Shown: positions 53,012 to 61,572, counted from the first letter of the stretch. The stretch is DNA of 61,572 nt from a virus (IMGVR_UViG_3300025836_000010:1-61572), one strand, 5' to 3'. A program made the numbers and translations. The notes: a model not told the origin generated them from the sequence alone.

Positions 53012-53755
53012 TCACTCTCCTATTTCAATTGCGAGTAGCTCGATCTCGCGGAGTGCCAAGTCCCGGCGGCTGAGTGTCACTGACGGCTCAGGCGTGGTGT
53101 CCTCTAGCGGCTCAACGATGTCTTCGATGTCATCCGAGCGATGCCCGGAGTCGTCTTCATGGGTGGGGGTCCACAGGCGGGCGGTCTCGCCGGCCTCGTA
53201 TGCTTCGCGGACCTCTTCGATGCTGTAGCCCGACAGATTGGCACAGCGTAGGAACAGGCGCGCCGACACGTCAGTGTCCTCATATGCGGGGAACACGACC
53301 GGGCTCACGTCGTACAGTTTGGCCTCGCGCACTGTGATGAGGGGAAGGTCGGTGGTATCCGGGTCCGCCGACTCGCGAGTTTCCTTGATGGTCTCGAAAG
53401 CGAAGCTGGACTGGGTGATGTCGCCGCGGTCGATGGACGTCCAGAGGTCGCGGGCGGCCTGCGTGTCGGGCAGGTCGATTTCGTAGGCGAGGCCGGACAG
53501 GTCCTCGACCAGTCGCAGGGTGCCGGCCTTATTCCGGCCCAAGACGATGTTCGTGTCGTGGTTGAACAGGGCGCGGATGTCGTTCTCTTTGATTGACTTC
53601 TTGAACGCCCTGGGGGCGATCTGCTCACGGAACATTCCCATGATGGTCGTGGGCGAGTTGAACATCGCGGCGTGCCCGATGAGGGTGTTGCCGCCGTCGG
53701 TGCTGCGGATATCGAACTCCGTAGCCACTGAACGAACTTGCATGTCGGTCTTCAC
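53012..53755 (-). CDS. HK97-family prohead protease
   Basis: GHAAMFN, ALFNHD, QSSFAF, YDVSPVVFPAY. Confidence 0.93.
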   Translation of the reverse strand: MKTDMQVRSVATEFDIRSTDGGNTLIGHAAMFNSPTTIMGMFREQIAPRAFKKSIKENDIRALFNHDTNIVLGRNKAGTLRLVEDLSGLAYEIDLPDTQAARDLWTSIDRGDITQSSFAFETIKETRESADPDTTDLPLITVREAKLYDVSPVVFPAYEDTDVSARLFLRCANLSGYSIEEVREAYEAGETARLWTPTHEDDSGHRSDDIEDIVEPLEDTTPEPSVTLSRRDLALREIELLAIEIGE

Positions 53756-53812
53756 AGACCCTCCTTGGGTGCGTGCGTCGGCCTCCCGTGGGGGCCATGT
53801 TTTTAGTAGGGG

Positions 53813-53885
53813 TGGTAGCTGGGGCCAGGGTTGAACTGGCGAAAGCAGGGTTATGAGCCCCGCCGGGGAACCGTCCCTCCCAGCG
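53813..53885 (-). tRNA. tRNA-Met(CAT), initiator-like, with reduced D-arm
   Basis: C1xU72 mismatch, three G-C pairs above a CTCATAA loop, T-arm GCCAG-TTCAACC-CTGGC, encoded CCA. Confidence 0.8.
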
Positions 53886-53890
53886 ACGTG

Positions 53891-54142
53891 CTACTTACAC
53901 TTGGGGCAGAAAAAGTCCCTGCAGATCGCAGGCCGCGATTCGTAGATGGCACACGACGAGCCGAGCTGCTTGTTTGATCTCAGGTGCAGGCACTTCGACT
54001 GGCCGTACACTTCCATCAGGCCGTCCGCGCGGTCACGCAGCGTCAGGCCGTGGTAGCTCAGGAACCTCGCCGTGTCTTCGCTCTTGCTCATGGCCACGCA
54101 GTAGTCGCGACAGCAGGCACCGCAGCGGGTACAGCCCGTCAC
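53891..54142 (-). CDS. YkgJ-family Cys-cluster (CxxCxxCC) protein
   Basis: CTRCGACC...C..L...CAIYESRPAICRDF. Confidence 0.85.
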   Translation of the reverse strand: MTGCTRCGACCRDYCVAMSKSEDTARFLSYHGLTLRDRADGLMEVYGQSKCLHLRSNKQLGSSCAIYESRPAICRDFFCPKCK

Positions 54143-55413
54143 GGGGCGGGCTCCGGCGGCGCGGGCTCCGCGGGCGCGGGTTCTGGCGGCGCGGGCGGCT
54201 CCGGCACCATCAGCATCCCGTCCGGGCCGATGGGCGCGGATGCCGTGTTGATGTAGTGCGCGTCGCCGCCGGGGAAGGGATTTTCGTCTTCCTTGTTGAG
54301 GATCCAGTTCGGGCTCGCGGCGCCGACGTTGGCGAGTTCCTTGTAAAACGCGGCCCTGGCGGCCATGTCGCCGCGCATCAGGGCGTTGAGGTTGAACTTG
54401 CAGTACCAGTCCGCGTTGCCGCGCGTATCGACCGTCTGCGCGTAGTCAACGATAAGCGGCTTGAACGCGGCCTCGACGAACTTCACCCACGGCGCGAGCG
54501 CGAAGACCACGAAGGAAATCTGCATCTGCTCGATGCCGGTGCCCCATGAGGTCGAGCTGGTCACATCGGCGAGCATGTGCGGCGGGATGCCGAACCAACG
54601 CGCGACCTCAGAAACCTGGAACTGGCGCGTCTGCAAGAACTGCATCTGTTCGTTCGTTATCGACAGAGCGTTGACGGTCGCGCCGCCGCCGAGCACGGCA
54701 GTTTTGCCGACTTGGTCGAGGCCCGCGTGTAGGCGGTCGAAGCGGTCGGCTGTCTTCTTCGCCACGTCGTCGTCAACCTTGCCCGGCACCGTGATGATGA
54801 CGTTCGGCGTCGCGGCGTTGGCGAGCTGCTTGGATCCGTGCTTCTCGGCGCCAAGGCCGAGGCCGATGGTCTGGCGCATGTACTCGACGGGGGACAGGCC
54901 GCGCAGCGCGCCGGGCAGCATAATGCCGGGGATGTGCAGGATGTCGCGGCTGGTCAGCGTCCGGCCGTTGATCTCGTATATCTTCTCGCCGGTCTTCGGG
55001 TCGCGGTCGACGACCACGAGGCGCGGGTCGAGGGGCCACATCTCCTGCAGCGTGCCCCGCGCGTGCACCTTGACGGAGAACGAGTCGCCGCCGAGGAGGA
55101 TGGAGGCCATCGTCTGCTGCACGAAGCTCGGCCAATCCGTCTCGGGGTTCGGCTTCACCATCCATGGCGGCTTGGGGCGCACGAACGTCTTCGGGCCGAA
55201 GCTGACGTAGGAACCCACGGGAAGACTCGACATGCCGTGGCTGATGAGCCTGACCGCAGCGAACACGGCAGAGTAGGTCATCGCCGTCTCGTGACTTACG
55301 GGAATGCCGGTGTAGGACTCGGGACCGCTCCTGTCCCAGAAGACACCGGGGTCGCGCTGAGCCGGCGTCGTGGTGCCGAACCAGTTGAGGGCCGCGCGCT
55401 TCAAGATGCTCAC
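54139..55413 (-). CDS. HK97-family portal protein
   Basis: PNP, DILHI, GLSP, QFLQTR, ARWFGIPPHML. Confidence 0.93.
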   Translation of the reverse strand: MSILKRAALNWFGTTTPAQRDPGVFWDRSGPESYTGIPVSHETAMTYSAVFAAVRLISHGMSSLPVGSYVSFGPKTFVRPKPPWMVKPNPETDWPSFVQQTMASILLGGDSFSVKVHARGTLQEMWPLDPRLVVVDRDPKTGEKIYEINGRTLTSRDILHIPGIMLPGALRGLSPVEYMRQTIGLGLGAEKHGSKQLANAATPNVIITVPGKVDDDVAKKTADRFDRLHAGLDQVGKTAVLGGGATVNALSITNEQMQFLQTRQFQVSEVARWFGIPPHMLADVTSSTSWGTGIEQMQISFVVFALAPWVKFVEAAFKPLIVDYAQTVDTRGNADWYCKFNLNALMRGDMAARAAFYKELANVGAASPNWILNKEDENPFPGGDAHYINTASAPIGPDGMLMVPEPPAPPEPAPAEPAPPEPAP

Positions 55414-55556
55414 GAAGGCTTACCCCCCATGGCTTGACCGATAAGAATGAGGACGACTCCGAAGACGAACCACGCGAGCCATGGTGCAATCTGGTACGCG
55501 CCGTAGCAAAGAGCGGCCATGCCGCCTAGCTCAAACACTGATCCTGCGTATTTCAT
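55410..55556 (-). CDS. 48-aa membrane protein between terL and portal
   Basis: MKYAGSVFELGG...WLAWFVFGVVLILIG; coupled at both ends. Confidence 0.65.
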   Translation of the reverse strand: MKYAGSVFELGGMAALCYGAYQIAPWLAWFVFGVVLILIGQAMGGKPS

Positions 55557-57298
55557 CCGTCCGTCCCTGTGTCTTCGCCGGGAATGTAGAAACTGGTTGC
55601 GTCATCCGCATTGGCCATCGAACGTTCCAGCGCGGAAAGCATGGCCATCACGCCGTCGATCTTGTCGGCGGACTTGGTGCGGCTCGGGCGTACATGGTCG
55701 TCGCGGTCGTACTCGGCGACGGCGCCGCTTATCATCCAGCGGGCCACGGGGTTTCCGCCGTGGTTGAGCCGCTTCAATGACAGCAGCGACTCGAGGTACT
55801 TCGCCGGCGCGTTCATGCCGCGATAGCCCTGCGACACGTCGGCCAGCTCCAAGCCCTGCTCGATAAACTCGCTGATGACCGGGTAGGAGTGGAAGTTGTC
55901 GTAGCCAATCTCGGTGTTGCGGAACTTCTCGCAGTCGGCGAACACCTGCGCCTGCACGTCGCGGTGGTCGATGAGGTCGCCGGACGTGATGGTGACGAAT
56001 CCGGCCTTGGCCCATGCCTCAATCTGCGGCCCCATGCGCTCGCGGGTGACGACGGCCTTCTCGGGTATCCAGAAGCGCCAGAGAACATCCGCGCCGAAGC
56101 CCTCGCCGTCGTCGTCCCACGGGAACAGCAGTGCCCACGCCGTGAAGTCCTGCGTGTGCGACAGGTCGAGGCCGCCGTAGAACGCGCGGCCCTTCAGATT
56201 CTCTTCGTTGATGAGGCCGCCGCAGCGGTCCCACGTCGGCATGTCAATCCACTTGGTCTCGGACGATACCCACTGATTCAGGCGCAGGCGGCGAACAGAG
56301 TGCTCTTCCGTGGCCGATGTCTTGGCCTTCGCGACGGAACTGCGCAAGTCGTCGGGGCGCAGGAACTCCCCGAGCGCCGGGTTCGCCAGCGGCCAGACCG
56401 ATTCATCCTGCCAGTCGGCATCAACGGGCACGCTGTAGATGAAGGCCAACAGGTCTTCGTCTTCGGCCAGGCCCTCGATGACATGGCGGGCGTGTTCGTG
56501 TTCGTCCCACGCCAGTCCCTCTTGACCGGACCCGGCGGTCGTAATCGCCATGAAGACGGGTTCGGTGCGCGTGCCCTGACCCTGCGCCAGCACGTCGTAG
56601 AGGTTCCTGGAGCGGTGACGGTGGACCTCGTCTACGCCCACAGCCGAAGGGTTCACGCCGTCGTTGTAGTCGGCGTCGGCCGACATGACCTCGTAGAACG
56701 CCTCGATCTGCGGGTGCAGGATGGTCTTGGTCGAGTCAGACCACTTGGCGCGCTTGCGCAGCACGGCGTCCTGCTTGACCATGCTGACCATGACCTTGTA
56801 GGTCTGGCCGGCCTGCTTCTTCGCGGCGGCTGCCGAGTAGATTTCGCCGCCGTACTCGCTTAGGCCGAAGAGGCAGTAGAGCAGGATGGCCGCGATAAGC
56901 TCGGTCTTGCCGTTCTTCTTCGCGACCTCGAACCAGAGGCGGAGAAACCAGCGCGTGCCGTCGCCCCGAACGCAGGCAAAGAACGTGAACACGATGACGA
57001 ACTGGAACGGATACAGGACGAACGGACAGCCGTAGTACGGCGCCTTCGTGTGTCGGCAGCGGCGCTCGATGAAGTTGACGGCGCGTTGGCCCTTGGCCTC
57101 GTCGACCTCATACCCGAGCTTGCGCAGCTCTGCGGACAGGGCCGGAGCGCGGGGGTCGAGGGCGTCGCGAATGTTCCGCGTGCCGGCCGCGGCGACGATT
57201 TCGGCAAGCCGTTCCTTGACCGCGCCGGGGACCGTCCTGTGCTTGGCTACGGGTTTGCGGCGCCGCTTCCTAGTCGATGCCGAGGTCGTCTTCGTCAT
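55553..57298 (-). CDS. terL: terminase large subunit
   Basis: Walker A AKKNGKT, Walker B VDEVH, ITTAG, GLDLS, KIDG. Confidence 0.95.
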   Translation of the reverse strand: MTKTTSASTRKRRRKPVAKHRTVPGAVKERLAEIVAAAGTRNIRDALDPRAPALSAELRKLGYEVDEAKGQRAVNFIERRCRHTKAPYYGCPFVLYPFQFVIVFTFFACVRGDGTRWFLRLWFEVAKKNGKTELIAAILLYCLFGLSEYGGEIYSAAAAKKQAGQTYKVMVSMVKQDAVLRKRAKWSDSTKTILHPQIEAFYEVMSADADYNDGVNPSAVGVDEVHRHRSRNLYDVLAQGQGTRTEPVFMAITTAGSGQEGLAWDEHEHARHVIEGLAEDEDLLAFIYSVPVDADWQDESVWPLANPALGEFLRPDDLRSSVAKAKTSATEEHSVRRLRLNQWVSSETKWIDMPTWDRCGGLINEENLKGRAFYGGLDLSHTQDFTAWALLFPWDDDGEGFGADVLWRFWIPEKAVVTRERMGPQIEAWAKAGFVTITSGDLIDHRDVQAQVFADCEKFRNTEIGYDNFHSYPVISEFIEQGLELADVSQGYRGMNAPAKYLESLLSLKRLNHGGNPVARWMISGAVAEYDRDDHVRPSRTKSADKIDGVMAMLSALERSMANADDATSFYIPGEDTGTDG

Positions 57299-57728
57299 CC
57301 GACTTCGGCAGTGCCAGCCGGAGGCGCGACGTAGGCGATAGTCCGAGCTCGGAGATGTAGAATTTGAGTTGGGTGCGACATTGATTCGCGGCAGTCACGG
57401 CGGGGTTCTTCTGCTCGCCCCGTTCGGTCATCACGCCGAAGCCGTGTTCTGCTACCTCCCGGTTGGCGTGGTCAAGCTGCGCGCAGCAGATGCAGTAGTC
57501 CCCCAGGAGGCGCGCGTCGAGCAAGGCGATGATCCCCAGCTTGTCCAGCTCGGGAACGACGCGCTTCCATTCGGCCCGAGCGTCTCGGGACATCGTGTTA
57601 CGGCCCAGGAGCTTCATCCACTTCGGCTCGGGCGGTGCCTTCGGGTCGGCATGGACGCCGGTATCGGTGGCGCCCCCGCCGCCCTGAATGACCTGCAGCG
57701 CGGGCGCGGTCGGCTTACGGCCTCGCAT
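57270..57728 (-). CDS. terS: terminase small subunit, P27 family
   Basis: MRGRKP...EWKRVVPEL...NPAV...ELGLSPTSR; GAGGAG SD. Confidence 0.9.
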   Translation of the reverse strand: MRGRKPTAPALQVIQGGGGATDTGVHADPKAPPEPKWMKLLGRNTMSRDARAEWKRVVPELDKLGIIALLDARLLGDYCICCAQLDHANREVAEHGFGVMTERGEQKNPAVTAANQCRTQLKFYISELGLSPTSRLRLALPKSDDEDDLGID

Positions 57729-57909
57729 GGGAACTCCTCGCGTTGCGGAGGCGAACGAGTGGCGCATATCTCTCGACGCATTCGGGGCAGAGATAACTCC
57801 AGTCGAATGGAATGCTGAGAAGGGCTGGGTTGTCGATCCACTCAGGCCCGCCAAGCCCAGTAGCGTGCTCGGCGGATATGAAGTGGCCGCAGCCAGAGCA
57901 ACGCTCCAT
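57715..57909 (-). CDS. small Zn-finger protein
   Basis: CSGCG...LCPEC; GAGG SD. Confidence 0.55.
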   Translation of the reverse strand: MERCSGCGHFISAEHATGLGGPEWIDNPALLSIPFDWSYLCPECVERYAPLVRLRNARSSHARP

Positions 57910-57910
57910 G

Positions 57911-58327
57911 TCAGCGCCTCTCCTTCGCGTTGCGACTTCCAATGTGCCCCCCCTGCCGCCGCTGGCACTGCACGCAGGACAGGCGCAGGGGCCCAGACTC
58001 GGACCCGCCGGCGGATACGGGCGTGATGTGGTCGGCCAGCCAGTCGCGGATCGGTAGCGACTTGGATCGTCCGCAGGTGGCGCAGGTCGCGGCCCACACA
58101 CCATCACCAATATGCACGCCGTGCATATTTAGTTGGTCGCGGACGAACTTGCGGCGGCGGCGGCGCTCACGGTCGTAATCGGGACGGCGATCTCGGGTGG
58201 GGGCAGCGTAGGCGAAGGGCTTGGGCTTGTGCGCGGGGTCGGAGCAGTGGAGTTTCCGACAGACCCGGCACGGCGGCGCGGGTTTACTTGGCAAGGGGCA
58301 CGGACGCGCGAATACGATCTCGCTCAC
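57911..58327 (-). CDS. packaging-associated HNH endonuclease
   Basis: CATCG...ADHITPVSAGG...LRLSCVQC; upstream of terS. Confidence 0.8.
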   Translation of the reverse strand: MSEIVFARPCPLPSKPAPPCRVCRKLHCSDPAHKPKPFAYAAPTRDRRPDYDRERRRRRKFVRDQLNMHGVHIGDGVWAATCATCGRSKSLPIRDWLADHITPVSAGGSESGPLRLSCVQCQRRQGGHIGSRNAKERR

Positions 58328-58435
58328 ATTGCGTGAGTGGCGGCGAGCGGAAGCCCTCAGCGTTGCCGGGGTACCAATGGATGTGGACGCGCTTGAGCGG
58401 CGGCGTGTAGACGTGCGGGGTGTTGCGGACCTTGC

Positions 58436-58798
58436 TCACGCTTCTCGATTCCCGTCGCAACCGGCGCACTCCAGTTTGCACGTGCGCCAGTCTGAGGCGC
58501 AGTGCCGGGCCGCGTTCCTTGCTTTGTATGCTGAATCGGGCATACCCGTGCGACCAGACTGCGCGTTCAGGTAGCGCAGTTCCCAGTGGTCCCAATGGTT
58601 GCGCTGGATGTGCGTCCGGAAGATGGACGTGCCGCCCATGCACTCACTAACGTGTCTCAGGTCTGCCTCGCGCCCAAGCACTGCGCGTTCCAGTTCACGC
58701 CAGCGGGTCTGTTCCTTCACGATCTGGCGGTGGCGTAGCGCAGCCGGACTCATCCTTCGAGTCCCGGCCGGCTTCTTCGTCCCGCCACTCTTGCTCAT
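58436..58798 (-). CDS. basic hypothetical protein
   Basis: In operon; coupled downstream. Confidence 0.55.
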   Translation of the reverse strand: MSKSGGTKKPAGTRRMSPAALRHRQIVKEQTRWRELERAVLGREADLRHVSECMGGTSIFRTHIQRNHWDHWELRYLNAQSGRTGMPDSAYKARNAARHCASDWRTCKLECAGCDGNREA

Positions 58799-59255
58799 AC
58801 ATCTCTTCCCAACTTAGAAATGTGTCGCAGCCACCACCCTCTGCTGCAACGTCCGCGGCCCCACTTCGGCGTGCTTGGCCGCTCGCAAATGGAGCGGCAC
58901 CGTTGCCTGCCACGGTCCTCGGGATACGATCCGCCTTAGCGGCCCCTCTATCCTTATGCGAGTCGTAGGGTATTTGCGCCCGCATCTTTATCTGGGCACA
59001 CCGCAAGCGGTCCCGGACAGATGTGAAGTGGACGCCCTCGAACGCCGCGATCTTGCGTAGGGAGAGGTCGCCTCGGTACCTCATCACCACCACATCGAGC
59101 TGCTTGCGGGTCAGCACCGTCAGGTCGAAACTCGGGAAGCTCTCGGCCGCAACCTCGTTGGCCTCCGCGATGTCAGCGCGCGAACCGGAGTTACAGATAC
59201 GCTTAGCCAACGGGCACCTCGCGTTGCCGCGCCGTGAGCACGGACAAATCCACAT
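58695..59255 (-). CDS. sigma70 region-4-like HTH regulator (candidate late activator)
   Basis: LTRKQLDVVVMRYRGDLSLRKIAAFEGVHFTSVRDRLRCAQIKMR. Confidence 0.75.
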   Translation of the reverse strand: MWICPCSRRGNARCPLAKRICNSGSRADIAEANEVAAESFPSFDLTVLTRKQLDVVVMRYRGDLSLRKIAAFEGVHFTSVRDRLRCAQIKMRAQIPYDSHKDRGAAKADRIPRTVAGNGAAPFASGQARRSGAADVAAEGGGCDTFLSWEEMYEQEWRDEEAGRDSKDESGCATPPPDREGTDPLA

Positions 59256-59270
59256 GAGGAAAGTCCCCGC

Positions 59271-59480
59271 TTACGGCGTACTCCTCTCGGCCAGTGCTTG
59301 GATAGCGACGCGATGTGCGGAGCCGGGGGCGGTCGACTGAATTGCGACGAGGGCGGTCTTCAGCCGGTTGTTCTCCGCCTCTAGCTCGGCAATAGCGGCG
59401 TCGGCTTCTTGCTCAAGCGCCCACGACGCCTTGAGATGACGCGACCGGGAGCCGCGTCTGTACTGCTCAACTGCGCTCAT
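59271..59480 (-). CDS. small modular protein (MSAVEQYR..ADAAIAELEAE)
   Basis: Family motif; GAGGAG SD. Confidence 0.7.
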   Translation of the reverse strand: MSAVEQYRRGSRSRHLKASWALEQEADAAIAELEAENNRLKTALVAIQSTAPGSAHRVAIQALAERSTP

Positions 59481-60553
59481 AGTGTGCTCCTCTGATTGAT
59501 TTGCCTGTGGTAGTCCGTGTCAACGGGCACATCACCTTCGTCGTAGTCGGCACGGAGGAAGAATCTACTAGCGCCGCCGGAGTCGCCCAGGCCGCCACTG
59601 TTGGCTCCCAAGCGGCCCGTGTCCCACTTCCCGTAGGTCGTGTCCGACGTCTTCGCGGGCGTGTGCCCACCAGACGACACGCTCCGCCCCGTCTGCGCGT
59701 CCAGCATCGCGCAGGGACAGTTCGGGTCGGTGTGGATGCGGACGGGTTCCTTGCCGTCGGGGGCGTAGCTCATATCGTCCATCGGCGGCTTGTCCGAGTC
59801 GCTGCCGAACGTCTTGCCGCCACTGTTGTGACGAACCGCCGTCCCCGACTTCGCCGTCCCCTCCCGCGTCTCGTCGCAGGTGCATTCGAGGATGAGGTTG
59901 GCGGGCCAGCGACCGGAGGGAGAGTAGGAATCTTCGCGCTTTCCAGTCCACTCTCCGTAGGCGCTGCCGTTCCGGTTGCTGTCCAAGCCGACGACGCTGG
60001 CACACTTCGCGGCGTGGTCCGGTCCGCTAGGTATCCGGCACTCATCAATCCCCAGCTCCCGCATCGGCCCCGGCTTGCGGGCGAGGATGATCGGCTCCCA
60101 TGCGGGCTTTAAACACGACTTGCCTTTCGGAAATCCGCTGCCGTACAGCCACATGAGCGTGTCGCGGATCTCGAAGCCGGCGTCTTCGATAGCGCAGGCG
60201 AGGCGATGCCATGTGCGGGTGCCGCCGAAGGCGAGGAGGTAGTGGGAGGGCTTGAGGACGCGGAGGGCCTCGGTGGCCCACTCTTCATGCCACTCCTGCA
60301 TCGCCTCACGCTGCTGTAGGATTTTAGGCTGTCCTTTGGGGTCCGCGGATTTCATCCATGTTCCGTAGCGCGGCAAACCCATCCCTGACCGCTCCACAGA
60401 TGCATGACGATGTGATTTGTCGCCGAGCTTGTCCCACTCCTTCCCCATGAACTCCAGCCCGTAGGGCGGGTCGCAGCAGACCGCGTCAACGCTGCCCGCG
60501 TCCATCGCGGCCATGGCCTCGAGACAGTCGCCGTGCAGAAGCTCGTGGGTCAC
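59477..60553 (-). pseudogene. beta-class N6-adenine DNA methyltransferase lacking the C-terminal SAM-binding motif
   Basis: GDCLE, DPPYG, WLYGSGFPK, RWPAN and ASRFF present; no HPT.KP or F.G.G afterwards. Confidence 0.65.
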
Positions 60554-60909
60554 TTCTGCCGCGCCAGGTCGAGAAGCCAGTTGCGTAGTTCCTCGTCGGT
60601 CTGATGCCACCAGAGGCGGGGGTCCTCCGGGGTGATGTCCTTGATGAGCCGCAGGACGAAGCGAGCCTCGCACTCGTAGTAGTCGTCCTCCACTTCGTTA
60701 TGGGAGCGGCTGCATTCGATTAGCGCATCTGCCACCATTTCCTCTGTCAGCGGCCCATACGTGAGCTTGGTGCAGTTGGGGCAGGACGGCAGACCGACAT
60801 CGTTCGTGTCCATGATGTCGAGAACCTGGTCTAGTTCGGCCCCGGTCTCGAGGTGCTCGCAGACATACACTGTCGCTCCGCACTTCTCACACGTGAGCGT
60901 GACCTTCAT
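60550..60909 (-). CDS. Zn-ribbon hypothetical protein
   Basis: CEKCG...CPNC; coupled. Confidence 0.6.
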   Translation of the reverse strand: MKVTLTCEKCGATVYVCEHLETGAELDQVLDIMDTNDVGLPSCPNCTKLTYGPLTEEMVADALIECSRSHNEVEDDYYECEARFVLRLIKDITPEDPRLWWHQTDEELRNWLLDLARQK

Positions 60910-61097
60910 CGCGTCGCCGCCCACACGACGAGGATGAGGGCCAGGACCGCGATCGCGAAGATGGCCGGTATCCACACCGGGGCCAGCACCCACCACCACG
61001 ACCAGGCGATGACGCCGGTCAGCTTCAGGACGATGAAGGCGACGGTGAGTAGGCCGCAGAAGCCGATGCCGCCGTTCGATGTCGAGTTGTCGGTCAT
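60906..61097 (-). CDS. small phage membrane protein
   Basis: GGIGFCGLLTVAFIVLKLTGVIAWSWWWVLAPVW. Confidence 0.75.
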   Translation of the reverse strand: MTDNSTSNGGIGFCGLLTVAFIVLKLTGVIAWSWWWVLAPVWIPAIFAIAVLALILVVWAATR

Positions 61098-61399
61098 GCG
61101 CCATCCCTGATGTTCACGCAGTCCGCGCCGAGGACGACGGTCTTCTTGCCCTTGCGCGACACTGAAACGTAGGTGCCGCAGGTGTAGCCGATCTGCCGGC
61201 GCACGATCATCACGCCGTGCTTCTGCCGGCGGCGATAGACGTTCTCGTAATCCATCTCCGCGCCGCAGAGGTGGCAGGTCGCTCCGCCGATGGTGTTCAC
61301 GTTGCCCTCGAGGGGGTTCGCCTTGCTGCTCGGGGTCCAGGTCCAGCCGCCGTCGTCGCCGCCGACATGGAAGGTGTCTCCTGCGAACTTTGTCTCCAT
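61094..61399 (-). CDS. hypothetical protein, first gene of the right-end operon
   Basis: AGGAGG SD; CHLCG...Y.CG. Confidence 0.65.
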   Translation of the reverse strand: METKFAGDTFHVGGDDGGWTWTPSSKANPLEGNVNTIGGATCHLCGAEMDYENVYRRRQKHGVMIVRRQIGYTCGTYVSVSRKGKKTVVLGADCVNIRDGA

Positions 61400-61427
61400 G
61401 GTGCCTCCTGTTGCGGGGTGTGGGACT

Positions 61428-61456
61428 AGTGTGACTGGCGGAAGTGGGGACGGAGG
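61428..61456 (-). promoter_or_regulatory. phage-specific promoter copy 5 (CCTCCGTCCCCAC-N10-CACACT)
   Basis: Perfect 13-mer at 61444-61456; heads the operon leading into packaging and structural genes. Confidence 0.8.
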
Positions 61457-61572
61457 GCACCCAATCGCGTCGCGAGAGTCGGGCGCGGACGTAGGCGTAT
61501 CTGCGGCGGGAGCCAGATCGGGTTTCTAGGCTCACCCACATTTTGCCAATTGCGCACTCACTTGCGTTGTCT

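Noticed and set aside
16407-59364. Repeat pairs as template/variable regions of a diversity-generating retroelement
   Set aside because: No reverse transcriptase was found, and the differences are mostly third-position changes rather than adenine-specific.

Overview
The window looks like an essentially complete ~61.6 kb temperate, high-GC siphophage genome in its non-integrated form, since attP is intact. The promoter style and holin type suggest an actinobacterial-type host; this is inference. Layout: (1) a small plus-strand early-gene cluster (0.2-3.1 kb) followed by a non-coding repeat region. (2) A minus-strand accessory, recombination and replication arm (3.9-21.5 kb) with RtcB and Rnl2-type RNA ligases, a dual-frame C5 DNA methyltransferase, tyrosine integrase, attP for tRNA-Val(GAC), a replication initiator, Bet and an exonuclease. 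(3) A divergent promoter switch at 21.6 kb. (4) A minus-strand late arm (22.5-61.4 kb) with HNH, terminases, HK97-type head, tail, tape measure, propeller and beta-helix tail proteins, amidase, a metallophosphoesterase, ClpP and a holin. Most striking observations: (a) an 80-nt tmRNA made only of the tRNA-like domain, with no tag-coding domain, directly upstream of a stand-alone ClpP. (b) An FN3-like domain split in two, with the N-half ending two separate proteins and three C-halves embedded in a 1349-aa repetitive fibre-like protein, suggesting docking by domain complementation. (c) A perfect 13-bp phage promoter motif with a fixed-distance -10 box in five places. (d) A two-ligase RNA repair cassette plus an atypical initiator tRNA. 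(e) Two genes that seem to start at AUC. (f) A family of shuffled small-protein modules. All functional calls come from motif recognition by eye; no searches were run.
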